From Candidatus Omnitrophota bacterium (lineage in GTDB: Bacteria; Omnitrophota; Gorgyraeia; 2-01-FULL-45-10), in assembly GCA_018823705.1 (NCBI GenBank), contig JAHJHP010000081.1, positions 1 through 56,983 of the forward strand: a stretch of DNA of 56,983 nt, read 5' to 3'. Positions 1 through 8,768 of the stretch are shown in pieces (position 1 is the stretch's first letter; every line of letters starts with the position of its first letter). The notes below the pieces were generated by a model that worked only from the letters and a program-made list of their open reading frames with translations, had not been told where the DNA came from and did no database searches. A program made the position numbers and the translations under genes.

Positions 1-128
1 TCCCGTGTAAACTTCATGACCTTCAAGAACCCGCCTGATAAAATAACGCTTGAAACTATTGTCGCTACCGCAATGCAGATACCCAGAACTATGATCTGTG
101 AATTCTTTAAAAAGTTCCCTTCGCCCAT
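1..128 (-). CDS. SIMPL/DUF541-like periplasmic protein, N-terminal fragment running off the window
   Basis: ATG at 126-128 (minus) with AAGGAA upstream. The translation MGEGNFLKNSQIIVLGICIAVATIVSSVILSGGFLKVMKFTR is a short tail plus TM anchor, as in YggE/SIMPL N-termini. Absent from the ORF track because it is truncated. Confidence 0.3.
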   Translation of the reverse strand, partial: MGEGNFLKNSQIIVLGICIAVATIVSSVILSGGFLKVMKFTR

Positions 129-250
129 TGCCCTGTTCCTTTCATTTTATAAATCTATACTGTTTAATAGTTATGTTCGTTAGCAGCAATGCAAGAAAAA
201 ATATAAGTATCGTCTTCATTTCGCCCTCCTTCTTAGCCTTTAAAAACAAA

Positions 251-290
251 AACCTTCGCCGGCCATAGCATAATATGGCTAGCGAAGGTT
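251..290. terminator. Long stem-loop with T-runs on both strands (bidirectional terminator-like)
   Basis: AACCTTCGC (251-259) pairs with GCGAAGGTT (282-290), plus an inner GGCCATA/TATGGCT stem. Followed by TTTTACTTATTTT on plus and TTTTTGTTTTT on minus. Confidence 0.45.
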
Positions 291-744
291 TTACTTATTT
301 TAAGGTCCAGGGTCCCCTTTTAAACACAGGACCAAAACTCACGCAAATCAAACCGCACATCCAGCTGCCCGATCAAATCTCTGATTCTATAAATATGTTA
401 TCGATCTGAAATTCCAGACCGTATATGTAGAAATAAAAAACCCTCGAGAGCCACACCACAACTCACGAAAGTTTTACTTTTTTTAGGCCGTTAGGCCAAG
501 TCCGGGATTTAATCCTTCTTAACTCGGGACGAATTCTATCTGTAAAGTAAGTATAGCACGTATCTATCGATTGTCAAGATGACGAGTCGGTAAGCTCTAC
601 GGCTATGTCAAATTGCAACGGACGCAGGGACAGTTCTGAGATAAGAAATAAAACAGATCTAAGATGAGTTTTGAAAACGTCCCTTCATTCCTTGACAACT
701 ACTGTCTTTCGTTTCATTCTGTACTAAATTTATTTTAATAGGCC

Positions 745-1749
745 CTAACGCGAACAGGACTTAATTCCGCGCTTAATATAATACTGCTGGTGATAATCTT
801 CCGCCGGATAGAAATTGTGCGCCGGCACTATTTCGGTTGTTATACTTTTCTTGTACATTCCTGACGTTTCTATCTTCTTCAACGAGGCAATAGCAGAATT
901 TTTCTGATCTTTGTCCTTATAGAAAATGGCCGACCGGTATTGAGTCCCGATGTCCGGACCCTGCTGATTCAACGTAGTGGGGTCGTGTGTCTTCCAAAAT
1001 GCATCAAGAAGTTCGTCATAAGATACTAAGGTGGGATCATATTCGACTTCCACGGCCTCTGCGTGACCCGTTTTATCCATGCAAACACTCTCGTAGGTAG
1101 GATTCTCTGTTTTGCCGCCTGTGTAACCGGCCGTGGTAGAAACTACGCCTTTAATATTGCGGAATACCTCTTCTACACCCCAAAAACATCCAGCGGCAAA
1201 AATAGCTTTTTCATACCTGGTGTTTTTGTTGATGGTCGGGAAGAATTTTAGCGCGGCCTCATTTATGCAGTAGCGTTTATTGGTTGGTGGCGGGCCGTCT
1301 TCAAATACGTGGCCCAGATGAGCGTCGCATCTGGCGCAAAGTACCTCAAGGCGCTCTATTCCCATGCTCTTATCAGCCTCTTCCTTTACATTGATATCGG
1401 ATACCGGCTTCCAGAAACTCGGCCACCCTGTTCCGGATTCAAATTTTTCATCAACCCTGAATAGGTCCGTTCCGCAAGCCACACATTTATATATGCCTCC
1501 CTCTTTGCCGATCTCGCACTTTCCGGTGAACGGCGCTTCTGTGCCCTTCTGGCGCGTAATACGATATTGTTCGGGGGTGAGAATCTTCTTCCATTCGGCT
1601 TCGGATTTCTCTATACGCTCGACTTCCTCGACTTTTCCGGTGCCGACGTTAAAGATGGGTATCTTATTTTTGATTTCTGAGTTGGCGTTACTCACATAGG
1701 CTCCCGTAAGAATAAAAAATAAAAGACATAGGTAAATCTTTGGTCTCAT
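745..1749 (-). CDS. msrAB: Secreted bifunctional peptide-methionine sulfoxide reductase, MsrB-MsrA fusion (copy 1)
   Basis: N-terminal signal peptide. MsrB zinc CxxC pairs ([19 protein letters not shown]) and catalytic RYCIN. MsrA GCFWG motif in the C-terminal half. Confidence 0.9.
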   Translation of the reverse strand: MRPKIYLCLLFFILTGAYVSNANSEIKNKIPIFNVGTGKVEEVERIEKSEAEWKKILTPEQYRITRQKGTEAPFTGKCEIGKEGGIYKCVACGTDLFRVDEKFESGTGWPSFWKPVSDINVKEEADKSMGIERLEVLCARCDAHLGHVFEDGPPPTNKRYCINEAALKFFPTINKNTRYEKAIFAAGCFWGVEEVFRNIKGVVSTTAGYTGGKTENPTYESVCMDKTGHAEAVEVEYDPTLVSYDELLDAFWKTHDPTTLNQQGPDIGTQYRSAIFYKDKDQKNSAIASLKKIETSGMYKKSITTEIVPAHNFYPAEDYHQQYYIKRGIKSCSR

Positions 1750-1761
1750 GAGATCCGTAGT

Positions 1762-2391
1762 TCAGAATTTACCCGCGGTTTCAGCGGCAATGGTTTGCGC
1801 CTGCCTTATCTTTTCCTCTGCCACATCCTGGCCCAGGGCATCCATAGGCTGCGCGTTAATGAAGACGATATCGGTAATACCGACAAAATTAAAGACAGCG
1901 CGAAGATACGGCTCCTGATAGTCATAGGCATGAAACGGGCTGGCGGCGCTGTAATCGCCGCCGCGGCTTGTGATTATCACCATCTTTTTATTTTTCGCAA
2001 GGCCTTCCGGGCCTTTATCGGTATATCGGAAAAGGTATTTTGGCTGAACGATGGTGTCGATGTAATGTTTCAGGACGTAGGGTATGCTGAAATTCCACAT
2101 GGGCACGCTTATCAGATAAGCGTCGGCCAGGAGAAAGCGCGTTATGTGGCTCTCGATATCCCGCCATGCCTCTTTAAACTCACCCGAAAGATCCTTGCCC
2201 GCGAGAAGCGTATACTTACCGCTTACCGCTCTTAAGGTAAGTGGCGGGATCGCGTCCTTAAAAAGGTCAAGTGTATCTACGGCGCAGGCCGGATACTTTT
2301 TTTTCAGGCTTTCCAGAAAAACACCGGAAACCTTAAGAGTACGCGATGCGTCGCCTCTTGGTGTGGCTATTATATGCAGTATTTTTTTCAT
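1762..2391 (-). CDS. azoR: FMN-dependent NADH-azoreductase / quinone reductase (copy 1)
   Basis: 209 aa with MKKILHIIATPRGDASRT, the N-terminus typical of the AzoR/flavodoxin-like fold. 12-nt gap to msrAB. Confidence 0.8.
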   Translation of the reverse strand: MKKILHIIATPRGDASRTLKVSGVFLESLKKKYPACAVDTLDLFKDAIPPLTLRAVSGKYTLLAGKDLSGEFKEAWRDIESHITRFLLADAYLISVPMWNFSIPYVLKHYIDTIVQPKYLFRYTDKGPEGLAKNKKMVIITSRGGDYSAASPFHAYDYQEPYLRAVFNFVGITDIVFINAQPMDALGQDVAEEKIRQAQTIAAETAGKF

Positions 2392-2402
2392 AGTTTAGAA
2401 TA

Positions 2403-2630
2403 TGGCGGACGCGCGTGTTACCCATTCGAACCGCCGCCGAGATCACTGCCACTATAGCGATTTCTGTCAACAGACAAATTATATTATACAAAATGCTTGG
2501 CCGCAAGGCAAAAGAATTACATATGCTAGGGATGAGCTATGAGGCGATAAGTAGATCCCTAAAGATCGGCCGGGAGACAGCGAGGAGGGCTTGTCACCTT
2601 ATGTTCGAACGATGGCACGATGCTTCATAA
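2403..2630 (+). repeat. Copy A of a ~200-bp repeated element carrying an HTH-like ORF fragment (no credible start or RBS)
   Basis: Starts TGGCGGACGCG 11 nt from the azoR start codon. Reading frame WRTRVLPIRTAAEITA...ILYKMLGRKAKELHMLGMSYEAISRSLKIGRETARRAC is alignable with copies at 6820 and 8769. Only GTG/TTG starts and no SD. Confidence 0.5.
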
Positions 2631-3430
2631 AGACATATGGCGACGGCACTGGCTACATTTAAGGAATCAACTGCTTTCAAGATCGGTATGCGCACTTTGG
2701 CATCGGTAACACTAAGCACCCGGCGCGATATACCTTTATCCTCGTTACCGAAAACAAAACAGATATTGCCCGAAAGTTTAACTTTAGAGATATCGCTCGT
2801 GCCTCTGGCGGGGGTAGCGGCGATTATACGCGTATCGTATTTTTTCTTAAGCTGTATAAGACTCGATCCAAGGTCATCTTCGTAATAGACCGGAAGCCTG
2901 AAGATCGTGCCCATAGAGACGCGAACCGCTTTTCTATAATATGGATCATAAGTGGCATTATCAAATATAAGAGCCTGGACGCCAAAAGCGGCCGCATTAC
3001 GCGCTATAAGGCCGACATTTTGCGGATCATTGATGGCATTTAGCGCAACAAGAAATAGCGGGCGCTTAAATGTTTTTAATGCCCCTGAAATTGTGCGCTT
3101 TTTAGGGCAATATCCTACGGCCATTATCCCCTTATGAAAACGAAAACCTATAATATCTCCTACGAGTTCATTATTAGCCGCAAAAATCGGGATCCCTTTT
3201 TTAGCTATTGCCGCAATGAGGGATTTATACCTACCGATAGTCTCTCTGGATATAAGGCACGACGCCATGAGGCAGGAGCTCTCTACCATGCACTTGACTA
3301 CCTTCTCGCCTTCAGCTATAAAGATGCCGTCTTTCTCCAACTCCTTACCTTTAAGAGAACGATAAGGGGCCAGGCGCGGATCATCCGGTTCGCGTATAGC
3401 GATAAAGTTCAGCGCTCTGCTATCACTCAT
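2594..3430 (-). CDS. SpoU/TrmH-family RNA 2'-O-methyltransferase
   Basis: 278 aa. C-terminal SPOUT motifs (NDPQNVGLIARNAAAFG, FGNEDKGIS, SLNVASAVAI). Overlaps the typA stop by 8 nt. Confidence 0.8.
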   Translation of the reverse strand: MSDSRALNFIAIREPDDPRLAPYRSLKGKELEKDGIFIAEGEKVVKCMVESSCLMASCLISRETIGRYKSLIAAIAKKGIPIFAANNELVGDIIGFRFHKGIMAVGYCPKKRTISGALKTFKRPLFLVALNAINDPQNVGLIARNAAAFGVQALIFDNATYDPYYRKAVRVSMGTIFRLPVYYEDDLGSSLIQLKKKYDTRIIAATPARGTSDISKVKLSGNICFVFGNEDKGISRRVLSVTDAKVRIPILKAVDSLNVASAVAICLYEASCHRSNIR

Positions 3431-5264
3431 TATAGGACCTGATTTTCCGGCTCGTGCGCGTTCTATCTACCTCTTTTAACTGCATCTTCCTGAGCCGTAT
3501 ATTAAGGGGGGTGATTTCGACCAGTTCATCATCGTCGATAAAGACAAGCGCGAATTCGAGATTGACCTTACGCGAAGGCACCAGCTGGATCGACATATCT
3601 TTGGTCGAAGAGCGCATATTGGTCAGCTTCTTCTCTTTCTGCGGATTCACGACTATATCGACCCCTTTATTGTTAATGCCTACGATCATGCCCTCATATA
3701 CCATGTCTCCCGGCTGGATAAAGAGCTCTCCGCGCTCCTGCAAGTTCCAGAGCGCGAACGCGACCACTTTTCCGTCGCCATTCGAGACCAGGACACCCCT
3801 TTGGCGCTGGGGCATTTCGCCCTTATATATCTGATGCTCGAGAAAGTTCTGGCACATAACGCCGCTCCCACGCGTCATCAATAGAAATTCGCTCCTGAAC
3901 CCTATCAGCGCTCTCGAGGTGATGATAAATTCCATCCGTATGCCACCGGAGGATGCGATCTTCAGGTCTTTCATCTCGGCCTTGCGCTCTCCCAGAGCCT
4001 GCATGACCGCGCCCTGATACATAGCGTCCACCTCTATCACCACCACCTCTACCGGCTCGAGGACCTGGTCGCCAATCTTCTTTAATATAACCTGCGGCCT
4101 CGAGACTTCCAGCTCATACCCCATGCGGCGCATCGTCTCTATAAGTATTTCGAGATGGAGCTCGCCTCTGCCGGATACCTTGAACCTTTCGCCGCTATCC
4201 ACTTCCTCGACTTTTATCCCGACATTCACCATCGCCTCGTGCTCCAGGTATTCGCGAATATGGCGTGATGTCAGGAAGACGCCTCCATCCTTGCCGGCAA
4301 GAGGGCTGGTATTATGGGAAAAATTCATGGATATCGTCGGCTCATCGATCTTTACGGTGGGCAGGGCTTTCGGGTCATCGATGCATGTGATCGTTTCGCC
4401 GATCGATGCCCCCTCGATGCCTGTTATCATGATAATGTCGCCCGCTAACGCTTCGTTCGTCTCCACGGGGGCCAGCCCTTTATACTTCATGATCTTGGTC
4501 GCCTTATTCATCGTGACCGTGCCGTCCCGCTTCACAAGCGCTACGGGGTCCCCGACGCGGATCGCGCCGTGGAATATGCGCCCTATCGCGACGCGCCCAA
4601 AATACGAATTATGGTCGATCATCGTGACCAGCATCTGAAACGGCAGGTCCGGGTTCGCGAGCGGCGGCAATACTCTGTGCAGGATCGTGTCCAGGAGAGG
4701 CTTTATAGTGTCGCTCGGCTCATCCAGGTCGAGCGTCGCATACCCGTCCCGGCCTGAGGCATAGACTATCGGAAAATCGAGCTGCTCATCGGACGCGTTA
4801 AGCTCGCAAAATAGGTCGAACGTTATGCCGGCGACTTCATCCGGGCGCGCATTAGGGCGGTCTATCTTATTGATGACGAGGATCGGCTTTAAATGCAGCT
4901 CGAGGGACTTCTTCAGCACAAATTTTGTCTGAGGCATGGGCCCGTCTACGGCGTCGACGAGAAGAAGCACGCCATCAACCATTTCAAGGATACGCTCCAC
5001 CTCGCTTCCAAAATCGGCGTGCCCCGGCGTATCGACGATATTGCATTGCACGCCCTTATAAGTAAAGGAGGCGTTCTTTGAAAATATCGTTATCCCCCGC
5101 TCCTTCTCGAGAGGGTTCGAATCCATGATAGTCACTTCGCCCTCTTCAAACTTATGGGCGCCCGTATATTTAAGCAGCGTATCGACCAGTGTCGTCTTTC
5201 CGTGGTCGACGTGCGCGACTATGGCGAGATTTCGAACGTCTTTTCTTCTTTTTTGATTCGGCAT
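3423..5264 (-). CDS. typA: Translational GTPase TypA/BipA
   Basis: 613 aa. G1 [10 protein letters not shown]3 [12 protein letters not shown]. Full-length BipA architecture. Confidence 0.95.
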   Translation of the reverse strand: MPNQKRRKDVRNLAIVAHVDHGKTTLVDTLLKYTGAHKFEEGEVTIMDSNPLEKERGITIFSKNASFTYKGVQCNIVDTPGHADFGSEVERILEMVDGVLLLVDAVDGPMPQTKFVLKKSLELHLKPILVINKIDRPNARPDEVAGITFDLFCELNASDEQLDFPIVYASGRDGYATLDLDEPSDTIKPLLDTILHRVLPPLANPDLPFQMLVTMIDHNSYFGRVAIGRIFHGAIRVGDPVALVKRDGTVTMNKATKIMKYKGLAPVETNEALAGDIIMITGIEGASIGETITCIDDPKALPTVKIDEPTISMNFSHNTSPLAGKDGGVFLTSRHIREYLEHEAMVNVGIKVEEVDSGERFKVSGRGELHLEILIETMRRMGYELEVSRPQVILKKIGDQVLEPVEVVVIEVDAMYQGAVMQALGERKAEMKDLKIASSGGIRMEFIITSRALIGFRSEFLLMTRGSGVMCQNFLEHQIYKGEMPQRQRGVLVSNGDGKVVAFALWNLQERGELFIQPGDMVYEGMIVGINNKGVDIVVNPQKEKKLTNMRSSTKDMSIQLVPSRKVNLEFALVFIDDDELVEITPLNIRLRKMQLKEVDRTRTSRKIRSYNE

Positions 5265-5421
5265 TATATCCTTTTTAAGGGGTTCGTCTCAGGAAGACCA
5301 GGCTGGATTTAATGCTCAAGAGTCCTGGGGACATATAACTAAATTATGTAAATTATGGAAAATAAGCCTGGAAACAGTGAGAAAAGCCTGCCACTATAAA
5401 GAACGCTAAGCTTCCGCCTAT

Positions 5422-6090
5422 TCACTCTAACAATTTACGAGACAGCCGATGCAGATCGACATTGGCCAGGGCCTGAACTTTCTTCTTTATTGTGCGAGAA
5501 AAATATTCTTTCTCTGTCTTTGTAAGGATCTCCCCCTTTAGTTTCTTCAAAAAAAGCTCTTTCTGTTTCGGTGGAAATACCTGAGAAAGGGCATACTCAA
5601 GACCGAGATCTTCTTTCGCGGAAAGAAAGTCACTTAAGTTCTCCGACGTCTTTTTGAAGTAGCCGTTAAATACGGCTTTCAACCTCTGACTCGACATGGA
5701 ACGTCCGATAATTATTAAATCCTCGTCATTTTTTAATAAATTAAAATATACTTCTGATTCTTTTCTGCACTGAGCACCAAGCAACCGTATGAGAGCACCT
5801 GCCCATAGAAACTTTAAATTGAGAGCTTTGTACAAGGCAAGAGACATTGCCATCAAAGATACCAGAACAAGCTTATCTGCTTTCCCTTTAAGACAGCCTA
5901 CTGTTTTATTATAATCAAAATACCCATTTTCCGCGCTCATTGCAAGGACAACAGGAAATCCCTCCCAAAGGCGAAGATCCTTTGACTTCACAACATCCGC
6001 CAGAGCCAGGTTAGCATCTTCCATCTCTCCTGCTTCAAAAAGAGGAAATCCCAGGGCCTTCAAACGTTTCAGGAGACTATTATCATCCAT
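5422..6090 (-). CDS. Uncharacterised protein, second gene of NTase cassette a; C-terminus resembles a sigma-70 region-4-like HTH
   Basis: 222 aa. ATG 3 nt after the stop of the upstream NTase gene. C-terminal LSQVFPPKQKELFLKKLKGEILTKTEKEYFSRTIKKKVQAL follows the region-4 pattern. The N-terminal ~150 aa were not recognised. Confidence 0.6.
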   Translation of the reverse strand: MDDNSLLKRLKALGFPLFEAGEMEDANLALADVVKSKDLRLWEGFPVVLAMSAENGYFDYNKTVGCLKGKADKLVLVSLMAMSLALYKALNLKFLWAGALIRLLGAQCRKESEVYFNLLKNDEDLIIIGRSMSSQRLKAVFNGYFKKTSENLSDFLSAKEDLGLEYALSQVFPPKQKELFLKKLKGEILTKTEKEYFSRTIKKKVQALANVDLHRLSRKLLE

Positions 6091-6092
6091 GA

Positions 6093-6671
6093 TTAAATTC
6101 CTTCTTTCTTAAGCAGCCTAATAAAATGTTCCAAATTATTATTTACTTTATCCTCTGACACGTCATAAGAAGCCGTTTCTTTAAACCGCTGACTAAGTCT
6201 GGCAATATCTATTTCCGTTCTCTTGGCTTTCATGAGCATCATACAATCGTCCATATCTACGCCCGTACCACGAAACAATTTACTTATGAGGAGATCGTAA
6301 TAATTAAGAACTCCTAAATATATGTAGCTGAATTCTTTAACCGGAACATTATTGCCTTTAACGAGAGGTGATTCTAATAGCTCGGTTGTATGCACGCTCT
6401 TCCCGCGAAACAGATCAAATGTAAAACCATCATCTCTAGCCCATCCTACGCCACTTGCGCTCTTATAGCCAAGGTCTTTCAGTATTTTTAGCAAGTAGTT
6501 ATATTCATCCGTTTCCGGCATAAGAAGGTCAATATCTTTTGTCGATGCTTTGATGTCCAATAGAGTAAGCGCAGTGCCGCCGCAAGCGACAAGATGAACT
6601 TTCCGCTTCAGAAAGCCGTTCCAGACGCTGAGAGAGTCTAATAAGCCCTGTTTGTCTATTCTGTATATCAT
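6093..6671 (-). CDS. Minimal nucleotidyltransferase-fold protein (DUF6036-like)
   Basis: 192 aa. ACGGTALTLLDIKASTKDIDLL matches the GG-x(n)-D-x-D Pol-beta NTase signature. First gene behind a consensus promoter. Confidence 0.6.
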   Translation of the reverse strand: MIYRIDKQGLLDSLSVWNGFLKRKVHLVACGGTALTLLDIKASTKDIDLLMPETDEYNYLLKILKDLGYKSASGVGWARDDGFTFDLFRGKSVHTTELLESPLVKGNNVPVKEFSYIYLGVLNYYDLLISKLFRGTGVDMDDCMMLMKAKRTEIDIARLSQRFKETASYDVSEDKVNNNLEHFIRLLKKEGI

Positions 6672-6710
6672 ACAATTTTTTGTATCAATTCATACAATTC
6701 TATGTACTAA

Positions 6711-6739
6711 AGTATACAATATGTTTTAATATCTGTCAA
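6711..6739 (-). promoter_or_regulatory. Sigma-70 promoter of cassette a: TTGACA-17-TATACT
   Basis: Minus strand TTGACA (6734-6739) and TATACT (6711-6716) with an exact 17-nt spacer. ATACAAT occurs three times between -10 and the ATG (6670-6720) as a possible operator. Confidence 0.6.
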
Positions 6740-6819
6740 GGCCAGATTCCATTTTAATATAGAATGAATAGGGGGCACACCCTATTATCTTAAATCTGGA
6801 ATGCCCTCTAATAATCAAA

Positions 6820-6927
6820 TGGCGGACGCGGGTGTTACCTATTCCTCCGCCGGCCGTATAGTAATTCCTGTCAATAAACAGTCCATATTATATAGAAAGC
6901 TGGCTCGGAAGGCAAAGCAATTACAAT
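6820..6927 (+). pseudogene. Copy B of the HTH-fragment element, internally deleted and frameshifted
   Basis: TGGCGGACGCGGGTGTTACCT... aligns with copies A and C but lacks ~12 nt. The frame hits TAG after WRTRVLPIPPPAV. The remainder (IVIPVNKQSILYRKLARKAKQL) continues in another frame and ends early. Confidence 0.5.
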
Positions 6928-6992
6928 GCAAAACTATTTTAAAATAATATGCAACAATTTTGGCCTTTTTAGCGTCCTTATATAGGGGGGAT

Positions 6993-7019
6993 CTTGAGGT
7001 GCCACTTTGGCACCTCAAG
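6993..7019. repeat. Perfect palindrome CTTGAGGTGCCA-ctt-TGGCACCTCAAG (12-bp arms)
   Basis: Read directly. The arms contain the same GGTGCCA/TGGCACC heptamers and ACTTTG as the hairpin of the 51776/53032 repeat. Lies upstream of the ORF6N promoter. Confidence 0.8.
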
Positions 7020-7088
7020 TGATGTATTCACAAATTGTGGTCACATATTGACATCACAATATGCAACGCTAATGAAAAAGGAGGAAAA

Positions 7089-7622
7089 ATGAATGAACTA
7101 GTGCCGCATGAAGTAATTGAAAACAAGATATTTTTAATTCGTGGGCATAACGTTATGATGGATAAAGACTTAGCGACACTGTATGGAGTACCGACTAAAG
7201 TTCTAAATCAAACGGTTCAAAGAAATCTTAAACGTTTCCCAGAAGATTTTATGTTCCAGACAACAGCGGACGAAGCTATTGTGCTTGAAAAACTAAGCCC
7301 ACGTTTGAGGTCACAATTTGTGACCTCAAAGAGAGGTGGAGCCAGGTATTTACCCTATCTATTTACAGAACAAGGGGTTGCGATGCTTTCAAGCGTACTG
7401 AACAGTAACAGGGCCATCCAAGTCAATATCATAATAATGCGTACATTCGTCAAATTACGCGAGATCCTATCGACTCATAAAGAGCTCGCGCACAAGCTAA
7501 AGGAGCTTGAGGGGAAGATCGAAAAGCATGACGGTGAGATACAGGCAATATTCGAGGCTATCCGACAGCTGATGGCACCGCCACCGGAGCCACCGAAGCC
7601 CAAGATAGGGTTTCATCCGTAA
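7089..7622 (+). CDS. ORF6N (KilA-N-related) DNA-binding domain protein with C-terminal coiled coil
   Basis: ATG at 7089 behind AAGGAGG; the track start at 7035 lacks an RBS. IFLIRGHNVMMDKDLATLYGVPTKVLNQTVQRNLKRFPEDFMFQ is the ORF6N signature. Putative TTGACA (7048-7053) promoter. Confidence 0.75.
   Translation: MNELVPHEVIENKIFLIRGHNVMMDKDLATLYGVPTKVLNQTVQRNLKRFPEDFMFQTTADEAIVLEKLSPRLRSQFVTSKRGGARYLPYLFTEQGVAMLSSVLNSNRAIQVNIIIMRTFVKLREILSTHKELAHKLKELEGKIEKHDGEIQAIFEAIRQLMAPPPEPPKPKIGFHP
7304..7330. repeat. Perfect 13-bp-arm palindrome inside the ORF6N coding sequence
   Basis: TTTGAGGTCACAA-t-TTGTGACCTCAAA. Shares the TTGAGGT core with the 6993 palindrome and GGTCACA with the nested palindrome at 7030-7060. 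Confidence 0.8.
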
Positions 7623-7658
7623 TGGCCAAGAGACGGCGAGAAAGGCCTGTCGCTACGG

Positions 7659-8120
7659 TTAAAGATTGAGCTCAAGCTGAGGATTGCGCGCTTTTGCCTC
7701 TTTCAAAATATTTCCCACGAGCAGGGTGGCGTCATCCAAGGCTTGCTTAGATTCCGACCCGGAAAGCAACGTTCCGGCATCGTATGTTAATTCGTTCCTT
7801 TTCCTGCGCATCGTTTCAAAATGACTGACAAGATCAGTGTATTTTTCACCTAAAATTGCACCTGTCATTTCTACCACGGTTTTGTGTTGTGCGCCATCGG
7901 TCGGCCTATAGCCTTTCAAGAGAAGAAGTGCTCGCCCCGCCTTAAGCATAGCTATGTATGCCATTATATAAGTTGCCCGGTCTGCTATGCGAAGTATCTT
8001 CTTGGCCTCTTCCAGATCAATAATAGATTCCTTTAAAAGGGCTTCTACCTGAACAATCCCTGCTTTTTGTTCTGCAAGCTTTCCCTCTTTAATCAGTTTA
8101 TTTATAAGAACTTCAATCAC
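7659..8120 (-). CDS. HEPN domain protein (toxin-like partner of MNT)
   Basis: 153 aa, all-helical. ETMRRKRNELTYD resembles the HEPN R-x-x-R-N motif region. Overlaps the upstream NTase gene by 8 nt. Confidence 0.7.
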   Translation of the reverse strand: MIEVLINKLIKEGKLAEQKAGIVQVEALLKESIIDLEEAKKILRIADRATYIMAYIAMLKAGRALLLLKGYRPTDGAQHKTVVEMTGAILGEKYTDLVSHFETMRRKRNELTYDAGTLLSGSESKQALDDATLLVGNILKEAKARNPQLELNL

Positions 8121-8676
8121 CTAGGTTACCTTTCAGCAATATAACCTTACCCTTTATTACCATGTTAAGAAATCCGCCATTCTTTTTGCTCTCTTTCCCG
8201 AATTCAGCTTTAGTGTAAGAATTAAAATTAACCTCTTTATTTAATTTTGCCTCGAGCACGCGAAGCTTGCGCGTAAATTCGTCTCTCGGAAAAGAGCCTA
8301 CCACAACGACATCAATATCGGAAGGTCCTCTCTCTTTTCCTTTTGCATATGAGCCATATATGAAAGCAAGCACTATCCCGACATATTCGGAAACTAGCTG
8401 CCGTAAACTCCCTTCCACACCTTCCGTCTTAAATATTATATTTTTTAGATCACTGAATAGCGGGTATTTTTTATCTAGAGAATAAAATTTTATCTGGCCT
8501 TTGGTGTATGAGGTGAATATGCCTTCTTGCTCCAGCTTGCGAAGGTCACGTGAAAGATTACCCGGGTCTAGATCGAGGATAACGCCGAGTTCTCGGACAT
8601 AGAGAGACTGTTCCGGATTGGTAAAGAAATAGGAAAGCAGCTTTGATCTTAATTTTGAGTTAGTAAATGGCGTCAT
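8113..8676 (-). CDS. wHTH + minimal nucleotidyltransferase (MNT) protein
   Basis: 187 aa. N-terminal winged-HTH-like region (LYVRELGVILDLDPGNLSRDLRKLEQEGI) and NTase motif GSYAKGKERGPSDIDVVVVG. Confidence 0.75.
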   Translation of the reverse strand: MTPFTNSKLRSKLLSYFFTNPEQSLYVRELGVILDLDPGNLSRDLRKLEQEGIFTSYTKGQIKFYSLDKKYPLFSDLKNIIFKTEGVEGSLRQLVSEYVGIVLAFIYGSYAKGKERGPSDIDVVVVGSFPRDEFTRKLRVLEAKLNKEVNFNSYTKAEFGKESKKNGGFLNMVIKGKVILLKGNLGD

Positions 8677-8717
8677 AATGTTTTTATCTGTTGTAATATA
8701 TACATCAACTGTTGTAA

Positions 8718-8746
8718 AGTATACAACGGATACGCATTTAAGTCAA
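8718..8746 (-). promoter_or_regulatory. Sigma-70 promoter of the MNT-HEPN cassette: TTGACT-17-TATACT
   Basis: Minus strand TTGACT (8741-8746), 17 nt, TATACT (8718-8723). Direct repeats TTACAACAG x2 lie between -10 and the ATG. Confidence 0.6.
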
Positions 8747-8768
8747 GTTTATTTTAACGCCTCCAAAG

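Noticed and set aside
142-219. 25-codon ORF MKTILIFFLALLLTNITIKQYRFIK as a confident gene
   Set aside because: The SD (AAGGAGG) is good, but the peptide is short and has no recognisable family. It could be a remnant signal peptide or a leader peptide. It is kept only as part of the leader-region finding.
230-745. Possible CRISPR array or leader in the gene-poor left end
   Set aside because: Only two loosely related modules are present, with different spacing and lengths. There is no regular repeat-spacer periodicity, and no cas genes occur in the window.
2403-2440. tRNA or tmRNA 3'-end remnant reading of TGGCGGACGCG..ATTCGAACC (also at 6820 and 8769)
   Set aside because: It resembles a CCA end plus a T-loop, but there are 10 nt instead of 5 between the acceptor and ATTCGAA. 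The flanking pentamers cannot pair as a T-stem, and conservation continues as a protein-like frame. Only the TGGCGGA heptamer is shared with the real tRNA-Ser.
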